A stretch of 64,000 bases of DNA from a virus. Below, piece by piece: positions 10,824 to 21,696 of this stretch. The notes beneath the pieces were generated by a model. That model saw only the letters and a program-made list of their open reading frames with translations, had not been told where the DNA came from and did not search any database. How positions within the stretch are numbered: position 1 is the stretch's first letter; the number at the start of each line of letters is the position of its first letter. The position numbers were made by a program, and so were the translations under genes. Where the stretch lies: IMG/VR virus record IMGVR_UViG_3300035670_000085, positions 1 to 64,000 of that record. One strand, 5' to 3'.

Positions 10824-11945
10824 ATGCAATTTACGAAACAACAACTTTCTTTTCTAAAACTTTATTTGAATGTGTCTGATACAAAATCTTTTCTTGGTGA
10901 TAAAATAAATATTAAATGTATTAATGATAAGATTTATTTTTCTCTTTATGGAACTGATACTAAAGTCATTACTATGTTTGATAATGTAAATAAAGAAACT
11001 TTTGAAAATAGTTATTATGTATCGAAATTGGCAAATATCATCAATGCTTGTAAAGATAATGAGACTATAACTATTGAACAAGACTTGATTAAATTTGGAA
11101 AAAATGCAGAATATAAACTTGAATCAATAGAATGTAATATTGAAACGCCGCCAGATAAATACCTTGAAATTCTTAATAATGATTATGAAGCAAAATATAA
11201 TTTGACTGATATGAGTAGAATTTTTAAAAGTTTTATATCTAATACAAATGAAGATTATAAAATTATTTCATTACAAGATAATCATTTTGTAACATATAAT
11301 GATACTGTACTTGCAATATCAAAAACAAATAATGATATAAAAGAAACATTGTATTTCTCCCCGGTACTTCTAGCACTTGTAGACTATTTTACCAAAGAAG
11401 AAAAACTTAATTTTGATCAAAATTCATTTGAATTGAAAAAGTTGCAAGGTGGAGAATTTTATGGAGTTTCTTATGGTTCGATGAATATTTTTATTGAAAT
11501 TAAAAATTCAAAACTTCCATATGTATTCGATGAAGAAATTGTAACACGATATAACCATAAAACAAAAATAGCTATTAGAAATGAAGAATTTAAATCAGCA
11601 TTGAAGCGTATTGATTTTCTTACACGAGATAATATTGAAAATCGTGTTTATCTTGTTATAGATAAAAATACAGTAAAATTGGAATCAAGAGATTCTCAAA
11701 AAGGATATGAAATTGTTAATGCATATGTAGATAAAAAATTGATTGGTTTTACAACTATTCTTAATGCATCTTATTTGAATGCAATTGTTTCTTTTTTGAA
11801 AAATTTTAATGTGATAGACATTCATATTGAAAATTCAGAAGATCTTTCTGCAGTAAAAATTATTGGAAGAAAAGCAGATACTGATGAAGTAAGTGATTTT
11901 TATTTTGTTCATCAAGTATATGAAGATATTTCTTTTAAAGGATAA
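10824..11945 (+). CDS. DNA polymerase III beta sliding clamp-like
   Basis: About 370 aa; EFKSALKRI and LNASYL C-terminal motifs; replication context. Confidence 0.75.
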   Translation: MQFTKQQLSFLKLYLNVSDTKSFLGDKINIKCINDKIYFSLYGTDTKVITMFDNVNKETFENSYYVSKLANIINACKDNETITIEQDLIKFGKNAEYKLESIECNIETPPDKYLEILNNDYEAKYNLTDMSRIFKSFISNTNEDYKIISLQDNHFVTYNDTVLAISKTNNDIKETLYFSPVLLALVDYFTKEEKLNFDQNSFELKKLQGGEFYGVSYGSMNIFIEIKNSKLPYVFDEEIVTRYNHKTKIAIRNEEFKSALKRIDFLTRDNIENRVYLVIDKNTVKLESRDSQKGYEIVNAYVDKKLIGFTTILNASYLNAIVSFLKNFNVIDIHIENSEDLSAVKIIGRKADTDEVSDFYFVHQVYEDISFKG

Positions 11946-11951
11946 TATTAT

Positions 11952-12638
11952 ATGATTCAATTAAGACAACTTGAAGATAAATGTTTTATTCAGGAATTTG
12001 AATTAGAAAATAAATATTATCTTGAAACACTATTCAAGAAACTTAAAAATTTTCTAACTCATCTTCCTGTACCATATTCTATTGATTTTGATAAAGAAAA
12101 AAATATTTTTATTTTTAGAATTGGAGATAATAAAAAAGTTTTTGAAATAAATCAGAATATTTATTATACTGATTTTATTACCATGATAAAAAAATGGGTA
12201 ATTCAATTCTATCCACAATATTATATTGATGGTGAATATGGAATTATTTTGAAAATATTTTTTAAAACAAATGAATTTTTATTTTTCAATAACGGAACTA
12301 AAGAAATTCGATACGCAGGTAAAAGAAATTTTCTATTATCTTTATCGGACTTTCTTAAAAAAATAAGACATATTGAAGATAAGACAGAATTAAAAACTTT
12401 TATATTAGAAAACAGCACCTTAATTGAAACAATCGACTCTAAAACACAAGAGGTTTATATTGGATATGGTTGTCAAATGATGAAGAACTTTTTTATCATT
12501 AACTTTGAAGAATTAAAAAATTATCCTGTTAAAAAAATTGGTGAGGATTATAAGATTGGAAAATATAATATTCGTTTCTGTGATAAATTGTCTGAAATAG
12601 AATGTATAGAGTATTTTTTGAATAGAAAAAACAATTAA
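11952..12638 (+). CDS. hypothetical protein
   Basis: ORF in operon. Confidence 0.6.
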   Translation: MIQLRQLEDKCFIQEFELENKYYLETLFKKLKNFLTHLPVPYSIDFDKEKNIFIFRIGDNKKVFEINQNIYYTDFITMIKKWVIQFYPQYYIDGEYGIILKIFFKTNEFLFFNNGTKEIRYAGKRNFLLSLSDFLKKIRHIEDKTELKTFILENSTLIETIDSKTQEVYIGYGCQMMKNFFIINFEELKNYPVKKIGEDYKIGKYNIRFCDKLSEIECIEYFLNRKNN

Positions 12639-12648
12639 GGAGAACCTT

Positions 12649-14499
12649 GTGTTCTTTATAGATTATAATGACACAACAGAAAAATTTAATTTATTTTTTC
12701 AAGATATATCAAAAGAGAATTTTGAATACCATGTAAATTTGCTTAAATCTTGGTATATGAAGTGGAATATATCAGGCAAAGTTTGGGAATATGAACTAAC
12801 TGAAGCAGATGAATATCAAATATGGTTTAATAAATATAATATCGAAACTACTTATAGCCAAAAAGCAATAGATAAAGTTAATGAAATAAAACAATCTTAT
12901 CACCAGTCAGAATTAATTATAAATAGAAAGTTAAAATTAGATGAATCCATTTTAACTTCCTCAACAAATCTTTTCACTTTTCAAAAAGAAGACATTCAAT
13001 ATTGTTTATATAGAAATAGAGTGTGGAACTGTAATCCTCCTGGACTTGGAAAAAGTGGTGAAACAATTATTTATTTTTCTACACTATATAATCTAGGCGT
13101 AATTGATAAAATTTTAATTATACCTCCCCCCGGGTTATCTTATCAATGGAAATATGAGATATTAAAATTTGTGAATCTTTTTAAAGAAGATAATATTTGC
13201 ATTATAACTAATGAAAATAAATTTGATGTTTTTAAAAATAATTTTGATAAAAAAATTATGATCTTATCAAATCATATTCTCTCTGATGCTATCATTTATT
13301 ATAAAAAAGATAAAAGTAAATCGAGAAGTAAAAAATGGGTTCGTTGGAATAAGTTTGTTGATATAAAGGAAGATTGGAATGCAAAGAATTTATTTTTAGT
13401 AGCAGATGAGAGTCATGCCTTTAAAAAAACTCAGTCTATTAAAACAAAAGCATTGAAATCACACATCAATGCTTTCTCATATAGATGTTTTTGCACTGCA
13501 ACCCCATTTATAAATAAATTTGAAGATATTTATTCAAATGCAACTTTATTAGATAGAAGTAGTATTCCTATGTCTGAAAATGCTTTTCGTTTGTGGATAT
13601 CTGATGAAGTTATCATACAAAAAGATAAAAAAAATAAATATATTCCAATAGCCTATAATCCAACCAATGTAAAAATTCTTTTAGAGAATTTAAAAAATAC
13701 TTTTTTTCTTAAACGAAACAAAGAAGATATTTTTGAAATGAAAACAAAGTTATTTGCTGAACCAATTTATTTAAATATGACTCTCTTACAAAAAGAATTA
13801 TATTATGAAATTATTAAAGAAGAATTACAGAAACTTGAACAAGAATATGATAAAATAACGTGGAAACTTGTTCTCAATAAAGCACACATTTTATATTCTG
13901 TTATTGATTGCCCTGAAGTTTTAAAACAAAATACATACAATAATGAAAAAATAAATAAAATATTAAATGCATGGTCGAGAGAAAAAGATCCTAAATTACA
14001 AATGCTTGATTATAAAATAGAGGATTATATTGAAAATAATGATGAAAAAGTAATTATTTTTTGTCAGCATCCCTTTAATTTAGATTTATTTGCTGAAAGA
14101 TATAAAAAATATAATCCAATAGTTATACATGGTTCTACGGAAAAAGGGGATAGAGAGTTTTTACGTGAACAAAAAAGAATAAAATTCAATACAGATAAAG
14201 AATGTAAATTAGCACTATTAAGTTTTATGACATCAAGTGCTGGTGGTAATTGGAATGAACAATGCCACAGAATTATCTATTATTCTATTCATAATGATGC
14301 TACAAATGATGAACAAGGATTATACCGTACACATAGAATTAATAGCACTACTGATTCTTTTCTGGAAATTTTCACATACCCTGAAACAGTCGATAAGATA
14401 AGATATGAACGGTCAATGAATAGAATGGATTTGAATGATAAACTTGGAAAAGAAATATCAGATGAAGAATTGAAAAATTTATTAAGAGGAATAATATGA
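12649..14499 (+). CDS. SNF2-family (SF2) helicase
   Basis: PPGLGKS, VADESH, TATP, KVIIF, Q..YRTHRI. Confidence 0.85.
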   Translation: MFFIDYNDTTEKFNLFFQDISKENFEYHVNLLKSWYMKWNISGKVWEYELTEADEYQIWFNKYNIETTYSQKAIDKVNEIKQSYHQSELIINRKLKLDESILTSSTNLFTFQKEDIQYCLYRNRVWNCNPPGLGKSGETIIYFSTLYNLGVIDKILIIPPPGLSYQWKYEILKFVNLFKEDNICIITNENKFDVFKNNFDKKIMILSNHILSDAIIYYKKDKSKSRSKKWVRWNKFVDIKEDWNAKNLFLVADESHAFKKTQSIKTKALKSHINAFSYRCFCTATPFINKFEDIYSNATLLDRSSIPMSENAFRLWISDEVIIQKDKKNKYIPIAYNPTNVKILLENLKNTFFLKRNKEDIFEMKTKLFAEPIYLNMTLLQKELYYEIIKEELQKLEQEYDKITWKLVLNKAHILYSVIDCPEVLKQNTYNNEKINKILNAWSREKDPKLQMLDYKIEDYIENNDEKVIIFCQHPFNLDLFAERYKKYNPIVIHGSTEKGDREFLREQKRIKFNTDKECKLALLSFMTSSAGGNWNEQCHRIIYYSIHNDATNDEQGLYRTHRINSTTDSFLEIFTYPETVDKIRYERSMNRMDLNDKLGKEISDEELKNLLRGII

Positions 14500-14717
14500 A
14501 CATTTTTAGCATACTTGGAATTATCAGTAGTTTATCTGGATATTATTTTGTAAATAACAAAAAAATAACTGGTTATTATATCTGGCAAATAGGAAATATA
14601 TTTTGGCTTATACATTATTATCGAACTAGAGATATAGCTTCAATAATAGTTTTTGTATGTTATGTATTGATTACTTTTCATGGTATTTGGAAATGGAAAA
14701 AGGATGGTCTGAAATGA
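14496..14717 (+). CDS. small PnuC-like membrane protein
   Basis: Three TM segments; GYYIW.IGN..W...G.WKWKK pattern. Confidence 0.5.
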   Translation: MNIFSILGIISSLSGYYFVNNKKITGYYIWQIGNIFWLIHYYRTRDIASIIVFVCYVLITFHGIWKWKKDGLK

Positions 14718-15691
14718 TTTTAGAAAATTTAAAAAACAAAAAAATTTGGATGGCTAGCCATAATGACCTCGATGGAATAATGAGTATTGTAGTTGGAAAA
14801 TATTATCTTGAATCACTGTGTAACTATTCTTATCAAGTGTTTTCTGATAAGGATTTTAATGATTTAGATTGGGAACCAATTGAAGAAGCAGATATAGTTA
14901 TTTTTACTGATTTAGCTCCAACAGAAGAACTATGTTTACGATTACAAGAATTAAAAAAAGAAGTTATGATATTTGACCATCATGCAACAAGTAATAAATA
15001 TTTACAAGACTTTAAAGGACAATATCATTTTGATTTGACGAGATGTGGAACTAAGATATTTTATGATTGTCTTTCAGAAGGATTAAGAAAAAATAGAGTA
15101 CTTGATAGAATGGTAGAATTGACAAATATATATGATTTGTGGCAAGATGAGTCGCTACTATGGCAGGAAGCTAAAGATTTTAGCACTTCTCTCTACGCAC
15201 ACATCGATTGGAAACGTGTACTATATAGCGCTTTTCCTCCGACTGAAACAGAAAAGCATGAAAAATTTATTGGTGTTTCCTTAACAAAAATAGATAAAGC
15301 AAAAGAATTTTTCTTTACTAATTTTGAACTTCAAAAAATTCAAGAGGCAAAAGAAAAAGAAAAAGTTCACTATGAAGAATGTAAACAGAAAATTCAATTC
15401 AGAACTGATGATCAAGGAAATACATATGCATTTATTTCTGCAAGTGCAAAAGTAAGTAATATAGCTAATCGTTTTCTTAAAGAATATAAAGATAAAATAG
15501 ATTATATAGTAGTTTGGAATACATTTGAAAAAAATAGTCGACATATAAGCATTCGTTCTAATAATGGATTCGATACAACTCAAATATCCGAGATTTGGGG
15601 CGGAGGTGGTCATAAAGCAGCATCTGCATTTAATTTTCAAAATGAAGACGAGTTTAATGATTTTTTGTTAGGAAAAATTCATTTGTTGTAA
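14714..15691 (+). CDS. DHH/DHHA1 phosphoesterase
   Basis: SHNDLDG, FTD, FDHH, GGGGHKAAS; likely start MILENL by ATGA coupling. Confidence 0.9.
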   Translation: MILENLKNKKIWMASHNDLDGIMSIVVGKYYLESLCNYSYQVFSDKDFNDLDWEPIEEADIVIFTDLAPTEELCLRLQELKKEVMIFDHHATSNKYLQDFKGQYHFDLTRCGTKIFYDCLSEGLRKNRVLDRMVELTNIYDLWQDESLLWQEAKDFSTSLYAHIDWKRVLYSAFPPTETEKHEKFIGVSLTKIDKAKEFFFTNFELQKIQEAKEKEKVHYEECKQKIQFRTDDQGNTYAFISASAKVSNIANRFLKEYKDKIDYIVVWNTFEKNSRHISIRSNNGFDTTQISEIWGGGGHKAASAFNFQNEDEFNDFLLGKIHLL

Positions 15692-15733
15692 ATTATTTTC
15701 TTCTTTCCTATATATTATACATAGGAGCTTTTC

Positions 15734-16666
15734 ATGAAATATAAATATATACTTATTGATGCTACAAATTTGTTATGGCGTAGTTTATACTCGAACGTTA
15801 AAGAAATTCTTATAAATAAAGAAGTTATTTATACTGGTGGAATTGAGCAATTTATTAAACGACTCAATCAATTACTATTTGAATTTTCTTATACAGATTC
15901 TTCCATTACTTATCTTTTATTTGACAATCCTAAATCTGAATTAAATTTCAGGCAGATGATTGATGAAGAATATAAACACGCTCGTCTTGCTAAAAAACCA
16001 GAAAAACAAATTTATAATACAATGAATTTGTTAATGGAAATTCTCAAAAACTATTCAGATAATTTTCGTATTGCAAATATGGAAAAATTAGAAGCTGATG
16101 ATTTAACTAAACCCATCATCGAATCATTAACACTAGATGATTTTAATAAAGCTTTGGTTATATCAGCAGACATGGATTGGTCAAGAAACATTGATAAAAA
16201 CATTCATTGGTATAATTATGTAGATATTATTGATGAAATTAAATTCAAAGAACACTATGGATTTAGTCCTATAGGAAACAAAGTAAAAATGTATAAAGCT
16301 TTACATGGAGATACTTCAGATAGTATTCCAAATGCAGTACCATATTTGGATAAAAATATCATGCTTCATATTATAGAAAATTTTGATGATCCGACTATTT
16401 TGTTTAAAAATTTATGGAAACAAGAGTATTCTAAACACTGGAAAACAAAATTATTTGAAGCTGAAAGACAAATATTAACCAATTTTCAATTAGCTGATTT
16501 TGTTGACATTGAATGTAATATACAAGAGATTGTAAGGAAATGTACTAGGAATATTAAAGCCTTGAGGTTTTATTATAAGAATTTAAAAATTCCTTTTGAA
16601 AGCTTTATGGCAACAAAAGAAGAAACTAAAAAATCATTTTTAGGAATGAAAAAGGGGTACAGATAA
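15734..16666 (+). CDS. 5'-3' exonuclease / T4 RNase H-like flap endonuclease
   Basis: LIDATN, YK..R, LEADD, ISADMD, GDTSDSIP. Confidence 0.9.
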   Translation: MKYKYILIDATNLLWRSLYSNVKEILINKEVIYTGGIEQFIKRLNQLLFEFSYTDSSITYLLFDNPKSELNFRQMIDEEYKHARLAKKPEKQIYNTMNLLMEILKNYSDNFRIANMEKLEADDLTKPIIESLTLDDFNKALVISADMDWSRNIDKNIHWYNYVDIIDEIKFKEHYGFSPIGNKVKMYKALHGDTSDSIPNAVPYLDKNIMLHIIENFDDPTILFKNLWKQEYSKHWKTKLFEAERQILTNFQLADFVDIECNIQEIVRKCTRNIKALRFYYKNLKIPFESFMATKEETKKSFLGMKKGYR

Positions 16667-16875
16667 TGTTTAAAATTATTTTTTATGTTATTGCACGTAT
16701 TAAAATTGTGTACAGACATAGACATAAATATTTATGCCGTAAATGGAAACGATGTGTGGTTTTATCATGGAATCAAGAATACGTTTTATGTGATAATAAA
16801 AAATGTACATTAACTTCTTTCAATGGATTAACAAGAGCATATAAAAAAACTTTAGAGAAGGATACAAATGACTGA
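16666..16875 (+). CDS. hypothetical protein
   Basis: Short ORF coupled to both neighbours. Confidence 0.45.
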   Translation: MFKIIFYVIARIKIVYRHRHKYLCRKWKRCVVLSWNQEYVLCDNKKCTLTSFNGLTRAYKKTLEKDTND

Positions 16876-18304
16876 GAATAAGCCATTACAAGTTAAAGAC
16901 CATTTTATAGAAAACTCTCAAAAGTTTATAGCATATCTGTGGAAAAAAGATGCTACCGATTGTGTTTTAATTAAACCAGAGTATATTCTTAATTCAAGAT
17001 TAAGAAAAATTTATATAGCTATTAGTAATCTTGCTGAACAAAATATTCCTATCGAAATAGATATTTTATTAGATGAGTGTAAACGAATTGATAGTACAAT
17101 TGAATATAAAGAATTAAAATTACTTTATGATTCTTTTGATGATTTTACAAATATTGATGTTGTTGTAAAAAGACTTCATCAAGATTATTTAAAACAGAAA
17201 AATTTAAAAACAATAACTGGAGACTTATTTGTAAATCTTGACTCTAATAGTGATCTTGATTTAAATAAAACAAAAAAATTATTAGATGATTTACAATTAA
17301 CAATACTTGAACTAGAAGGTAATGAAAATGATCTATTGTCTTTTGATAATATTTTTAATACATATAAACAAAAATTATTAGAGAGATGGGAAGGAAAAGA
17401 AAAACGTAGTATTGGTATTCCAGAATTGGATAAACATTTGACTTATGCAGGTGAACCGGGTTCTATGATGTCTATCGTTGCTCAATCTGGAGCTGGTAAA
17501 ACGACAGTATTATTAAATAGTCTTATTCATAATTTACATAGAAATATATGTTGTATTTATTTTTCTCTTGATATGGGAACAACACCAATTTGTGATAGAT
17601 ATATTTGTATTAAAGGTAAAATATCAAATAAAGAATTATTTTCAGAACACGTTACCAGAGAACAAAAAGGAAAAATATTACGATATGCAAATGAATATAC
17701 GGAACTTAAAAATTATATACATTATCCAGAAGATAAAAGCTTAACTCTCGATAAATTAGATACATTTTTATATAAAGCAAAGCAACGATTTAAACAATTA
17801 GGTGTATTACCAGAAGATGAATATATAGTAATTTATATAGATACATTAGATTTAGTAGATGATTTTGCAGGAATGGATCCAGATAAAATGGAAAAGTCTA
17901 TAAATAAATTACATTTTATATTACGTAAGCATAAAGTATTTGCACTAACTGCTCTTCAATTAGGAGAAAATAAACTTCGTGGTGCTACAATGACTCCAGA
18001 AAAAATAGATAATTTACATTTTTCAGTTGAGGATATATTTGGTTCCTCCGCATTTAAAAAAAGAAATAGAGCTGTTATTGTAGCTCAAAGAAATGTAGCC
18101 ATGAAAAAAGCTTTATTTCCTACACATGCAGATAGAGAAATGTGGGATTTAGAAGAAGATATAATGAAATTATCTATTGTAAAACAAAATGATGGTCCTT
18201 CTGGAGTAACAGTCAATTTTATATTTGATGCAGAAACATATAGAATTCGACCAAAAATGAAAGAAGAAGATTTTAATACTAATAATTATATTCAAGGAGA
18301 ATAA
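16868..18304 (+). CDS. DnaB-like replicative helicase
   Basis: GIPELD, AQSGAGKT, FSLDM, IYID, LQL, GSS, KQNDG. Confidence 0.85.
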   Translation: MTENKPLQVKDHFIENSQKFIAYLWKKDATDCVLIKPEYILNSRLRKIYIAISNLAEQNIPIEIDILLDECKRIDSTIEYKELKLLYDSFDDFTNIDVVVKRLHQDYLKQKNLKTITGDLFVNLDSNSDLDLNKTKKLLDDLQLTILELEGNENDLLSFDNIFNTYKQKLLERWEGKEKRSIGIPELDKHLTYAGEPGSMMSIVAQSGAGKTTVLLNSLIHNLHRNICCIYFSLDMGTTPICDRYICIKGKISNKELFSEHVTREQKGKILRYANEYTELKNYIHYPEDKSLTLDKLDTFLYKAKQRFKQLGVLPEDEYIVIYIDTLDLVDDFAGMDPDKMEKSINKLHFILRKHKVFALTALQLGENKLRGATMTPEKIDNLHFSVEDIFGSSAFKKRNRAVIVAQRNVAMKKALFPTHADREMWDLEEDIMKLSIVKQNDGPSGVTVNFIFDAETYRIRPKMKEEDFNTNNYIQGE

Positions 18305-18515
18305 CTATGTGGTTATCAATTAAGATTTTGTTTCGTTTAATTCAAGATGTTTATTATGATATTAAATTTGCATTGACTGATTTTTTTGGTCTTTGGTCTT
18401 GGGTATATGAAAGAGAAGAAAAGAAATATAAAAAATTAAAAGCATATTATAAAAAACATAATATTAATCCAGATAAAGATGATTAATATTAAATATATTT
18501 AACGAGGACAATTTT

Positions 18516-18713
18516 ATGTTAGAGTTATTTGGCAATTCTATATTTTTTGTAATTAGCGTAATAGGAACTTTATTTCTACTGTCTTTAATTCTATGGTTAT
18601 TGCGAAAAATATTACATTGGATTGTAATACCTACTGGAATAGTTTTAGGAGGTTTATATTTACTTGCAGTATTAATAATTATACTAATAAGTAAATTTAA
18701 AATTTGGTTGTAG
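18516..18713 (+). CDS. small two-TM membrane protein
   Basis: Two hydrophobic helices; GAGG RBS. Confidence 0.55.
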   Translation: MLELFGNSIFFVISVIGTLFLLSLILWLLRKILHWIVIPTGIVLGGLYLLAVLIIILISKFKIWL

Positions 18714-18716
18714 ATT

Positions 18717-19379
18717 ATGAAAAGACATAGTATTTTTGTTATTGTTATATTATTTTTACTCAATTTTTATTTTAATTGCGGGGTAATAACTCATAAAGTA
18801 AAACCTTGGCCAGATGGAAAAATTCCATATACTTTTTCTAATAATTTTTCAATAGCTGATAGAATGTTTATAGAGAATTGTATGGATGCATGGGAAAGAG
18901 ATACAAATATTGATTTTTACTATTATTATGGAAGAGATGAAGATTTTTATGTTTTGAGAATATTAAGAGATGACGATAAAGAGGAACCTTCGAGCGCAGC
19001 AACTGTTGGTTATTGTTTTGAACCTATAATTATTTTTGGTGTTTTAGATAGAGCTGTTATTTTACATGAATTAGGACATGTTATTGGTTTATCTCATGAG
19101 CATCAGCGTCCGGATCGAGATAAATATATAAAAGTTTTATATAAAAATATAGATATTGATGTATATTTTTGTTTTAAAAAACGCTCAAAAGAAGAATTTT
19201 TATATGATTATACAAAATTTCCTTATGATTACAATTCTATAATGCATTATTATGAATACTCTTTTTCTAATAACAATAAAAAAGTTATAATCAGTCCTAT
19301 TCCAACCGGAAATACTACCATATCTAAAATAGATATATTAAAAGTTAATGAAATATATAAAAAACCTAAAAATAAATAA
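18717..19379 (+). CDS. astacin (M12A) zinc metalloprotease, predicted lipoprotein/secreted
   Basis: HELGHVIGLSHEHQRPDRD, YDYNSIMHY Met-turn, signal peptide ending FNC. Confidence 0.9.
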   Translation: MKRHSIFVIVILFLLNFYFNCGVITHKVKPWPDGKIPYTFSNNFSIADRMFIENCMDAWERDTNIDFYYYYGRDEDFYVLRILRDDDKEEPSSAATVGYCFEPIIIFGVLDRAVILHELGHVIGLSHEHQRPDRDKYIKVLYKNIDIDVYFCFKKRSKEEFLYDYTKFPYDYNSIMHYYEYSFSNNNKKVIISPIPTGNTTISKIDILKVNEIYKKPKNK

Positions 19380-19426
19380 AATTATACTAATAAATATAGT
19401 CTAAATAAAATAATAGGTGTTTCAAA

Positions 19427-19831
19427 ATGGATTTTCAAAAGCTTTCTAAAAAATATAATATCGGTATTGAAATTATAAAAAAAGAATTATTTCCTATAGC
19501 ACAAGAAGAAGCAGAGGCAATGGGTAAAGGAAATGATACTTCTTATATTTTTCAAATTTTAGAAGAGCTTTGTGAGGGATATCTTGTTGAAAATTCATAT
19601 GGGTCTAAATATAAAAGCCTATTTGATACAGAAAGTAGATATAAGCCAATCTTTGGTGACTCAATACAATATAAATCTGTTATGGATGATGGAGAATTAG
19701 AAGAAGAAATCGAAGGAGTTATGTCTACGGATGGTGTTCAATCTACTGATTTTGATACAAATATGTTGCCAGAATATCCGGTTGGAATGACGGTCGATCA
19801 GGTTAATAAGAAAAAGAAAGAATATAATTAA
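19427..19831 (+). CDS. acidic late protein, candidate prohead core/internal protein
   Basis: TACTAATA promoter at 19385; internal repeats KYKSLF, RYKPIF and QYKSVM. Confidence 0.55.
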   Translation: MDFQKLSKKYNIGIEIIKKELFPIAQEEAEAMGKGNDTSYIFQILEELCEGYLVENSYGSKYKSLFDTESRYKPIFGDSIQYKSVMDDGELEEEIEGVMSTDGVQSTDFDTNMLPEYPVGMTVDQVNKKKKEYN

Positions 19832-19921
19832 ATAAATACTATTAATTAAGCAACTACACCCATTTATGGGGTAGAATATAAAGTAAAAGTGTACTCTATA
19901 AAGAGGCACGAAAAGGTAAAT

Positions 19922-20497
19922 ATGTCAAAGTACAATGATTCTATGATCTCTCTTCTTGATGCTGTTGATAAGATATTTGATACAGCAGCCAATAGTGTGT
20001 CTTCAAACACTTATTATATTTCCACAGGTGAAATAGAAACAACACCAAATTCTATTACAACAACAGGAAATACTTTTACTGATACGTATTATTACCAAAA
20101 TCACTACTATCCATATTATTGGATTTGGCCATCAGTTCAAATAGATATTCCAAAAATTGATGTTCCGCATTATCCAGTAGCCAATGGTTTTATTAGAGAA
20201 GATGGAAGTATTTATTTTCGTTTTGCAGTTACTGGTTACGATAAATCAGAATTGTCAATTAAAGCAGAAGATAACACTCTTGTTATAGAAGGAAAACTGA
20301 AAGAAAAAGAAGATACTTCCAAATGGAAAGAATTGTTTCATAATTTGGCAATAAAAGATTTTATTTGGAAACGTAGAATTTCTAATAAGTATGATCTAGA
20401 AAAATTGGACGCAAAAGTTGAAAAAGGAATATTAGAAATTACAATTCCTTTGAAAGAAGCTTGCAAACCGATTAAAAAAGAGTTTGAAATAAAATAA
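19922..20497 (+). CDS. Hsp20 small heat shock protein
   Basis: YP.AN, FAVTGY.K, L.I.G, AKVEKGILEITIP; start at ATG after AAGG. Confidence 0.9.
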   Translation: MSKYNDSMISLLDAVDKIFDTAANSVSSNTYYISTGEIETTPNSITTTGNTFTDTYYYQNHYYPYYWIWPSVQIDIPKIDVPHYPVANGFIREDGSIYFRFAVTGYDKSELSIKAEDNTLVIEGKLKEKEDTSKWKELFHNLAIKDFIWKRRISNKYDLEKLDAKVEKGILEITIPLKEACKPIKKEFEIK

Positions 20498-20561
20498 TAT
20501 GTCCATCGATGTAATTTATAAAAAATTACATTTCTTATATAGCCAGTGCTTATAAGATTTT

Positions 20562-20591
20562 ATAGGGGGGGCTTGAACTCCCCTATTTTTT
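20562..20591 (+). terminator. rho-independent terminator
   Basis: ATAGGGGG...CTCCCCTAT stem followed by a T-run. Confidence 0.7.
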
Positions 20592-20623
20592 CTAAAAATT
20601 TTATATTTTGAGTAGATTTATAA

Positions 20624-21610
20624 ATGATAAAAATAAAAATATGTACTCAATATCCTAAAGGTGCGTGTTCCTATTATCGAACAATGGGAACCTTTAGTAA
20701 ATTATCAAAAATAAGTCAAGAACCAATACTTATAGAGCAACTATTAGATTTTGATTGGCATTCATTATCAGATGCAGACATTGTTGTTTTTGAAAGACCG
20801 ATAAATGAAAATTTTTTAAAAGCTATGGAGTTTACAAAAAATTTTGGAATAAAAGTTTGGGCAGATATAGATGATGATTTCTTTTCAGTTCCAAAATATA
20901 ATCCAGCTCATAAAGTTTTTAGTAAAAAAGAAACTACAGAACATATCGAAAAATGTTTGTCCTTAACAGATGTTTTAACCGTGACAACCCCAGCACTAAA
21001 AGAAAAATATAAAAAATTCTGCAATCGCATTGAAATTGTTGAAAATGCATTTAATGATTATAATTTTACTTTATTAGAACATCCATCTAAAAACAATATT
21101 ATAAATTGGAGAGGATCTAAAACACATAGAAATGATATTCTTTCTTGTTTAATTCCTATGATGAAAGTATCTGAAGAAAATAAAGAAACTCTTTTTCATT
21201 TTATTGGGAATGATTTGTGGTATATAGAAAATGCTATAAAAAATATAGGAAGATGTGAAGAAAAACTCACAGTTGAATATTTCAATTTTATTAAACAATT
21301 GAATCCCAAAATACAAATTTGTCCTTTAGAATTCAATGAGTTTAATATTTCTAAATCGAATATATCGTGGATTGAGGGTATTTATTCTGGTGCTGTTTGT
21401 GTTGGACCAGATATGCCAGAATGGAGACTACCGGGAATTGAAACGTATAAAACACCAGATGAGTTTTATGAAAAAGTAACAATGCTTCTCAATGATAACG
21501 AAAAAAGAATTAAAAATTTTTATGAATCTTTAAATTATATAAAAGAAAATTTACTATTGAGTATAGTTAATAAAAAGAGATTAGAAATAATTAATAGTTT
21601 ATGTAAGTAG
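20624..21610 (+). CDS. GT-B glycosyltransferase
   Basis: ACSYYR, DIDDD, VTT..L, INWRGS.TH..D, PL....FN.SKSNI. Confidence 0.8.
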   Translation: MIKIKICTQYPKGACSYYRTMGTFSKLSKISQEPILIEQLLDFDWHSLSDADIVVFERPINENFLKAMEFTKNFGIKVWADIDDDFFSVPKYNPAHKVFSKKETTEHIEKCLSLTDVLTVTTPALKEKYKKFCNRIEIVENAFNDYNFTLLEHPSKNNIINWRGSKTHRNDILSCLIPMMKVSEENKETLFHFIGNDLWYIENAIKNIGRCEEKLTVEYFNFIKQLNPKIQICPLEFNEFNISKSNISWIEGIYSGAVCVGPDMPEWRLPGIETYKTPDEFYEKVTMLLNDNEKRIKNFYESLNYIKENLLLSIVNKKRLEIINSLCK

Positions 21611-21638
21611 ATCAAGTATCATTGGTATTGTAAGTAAG

Positions 21639-21668
21639 AAAAGCCGTAATTAAAAACTACGGCTTTTT
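21639..21668. terminator. bidirectional terminator between convergent genes
   Basis: AAAAGCCGTA / TACGGCTTTT. Confidence 0.75.
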
Positions 21669-21696
21669 GTTTGTTTTTGTAAATAATGTTTAATTG

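Noticed and set aside
18717-18780. MKRHSIF.. (astacin 1) and MKKYLFL.. (astacin 2) as tag members
   Set aside because: Each is followed by a hydrophobic h-region and Cys, i.e. a signal peptide, and has no terminal Glu.
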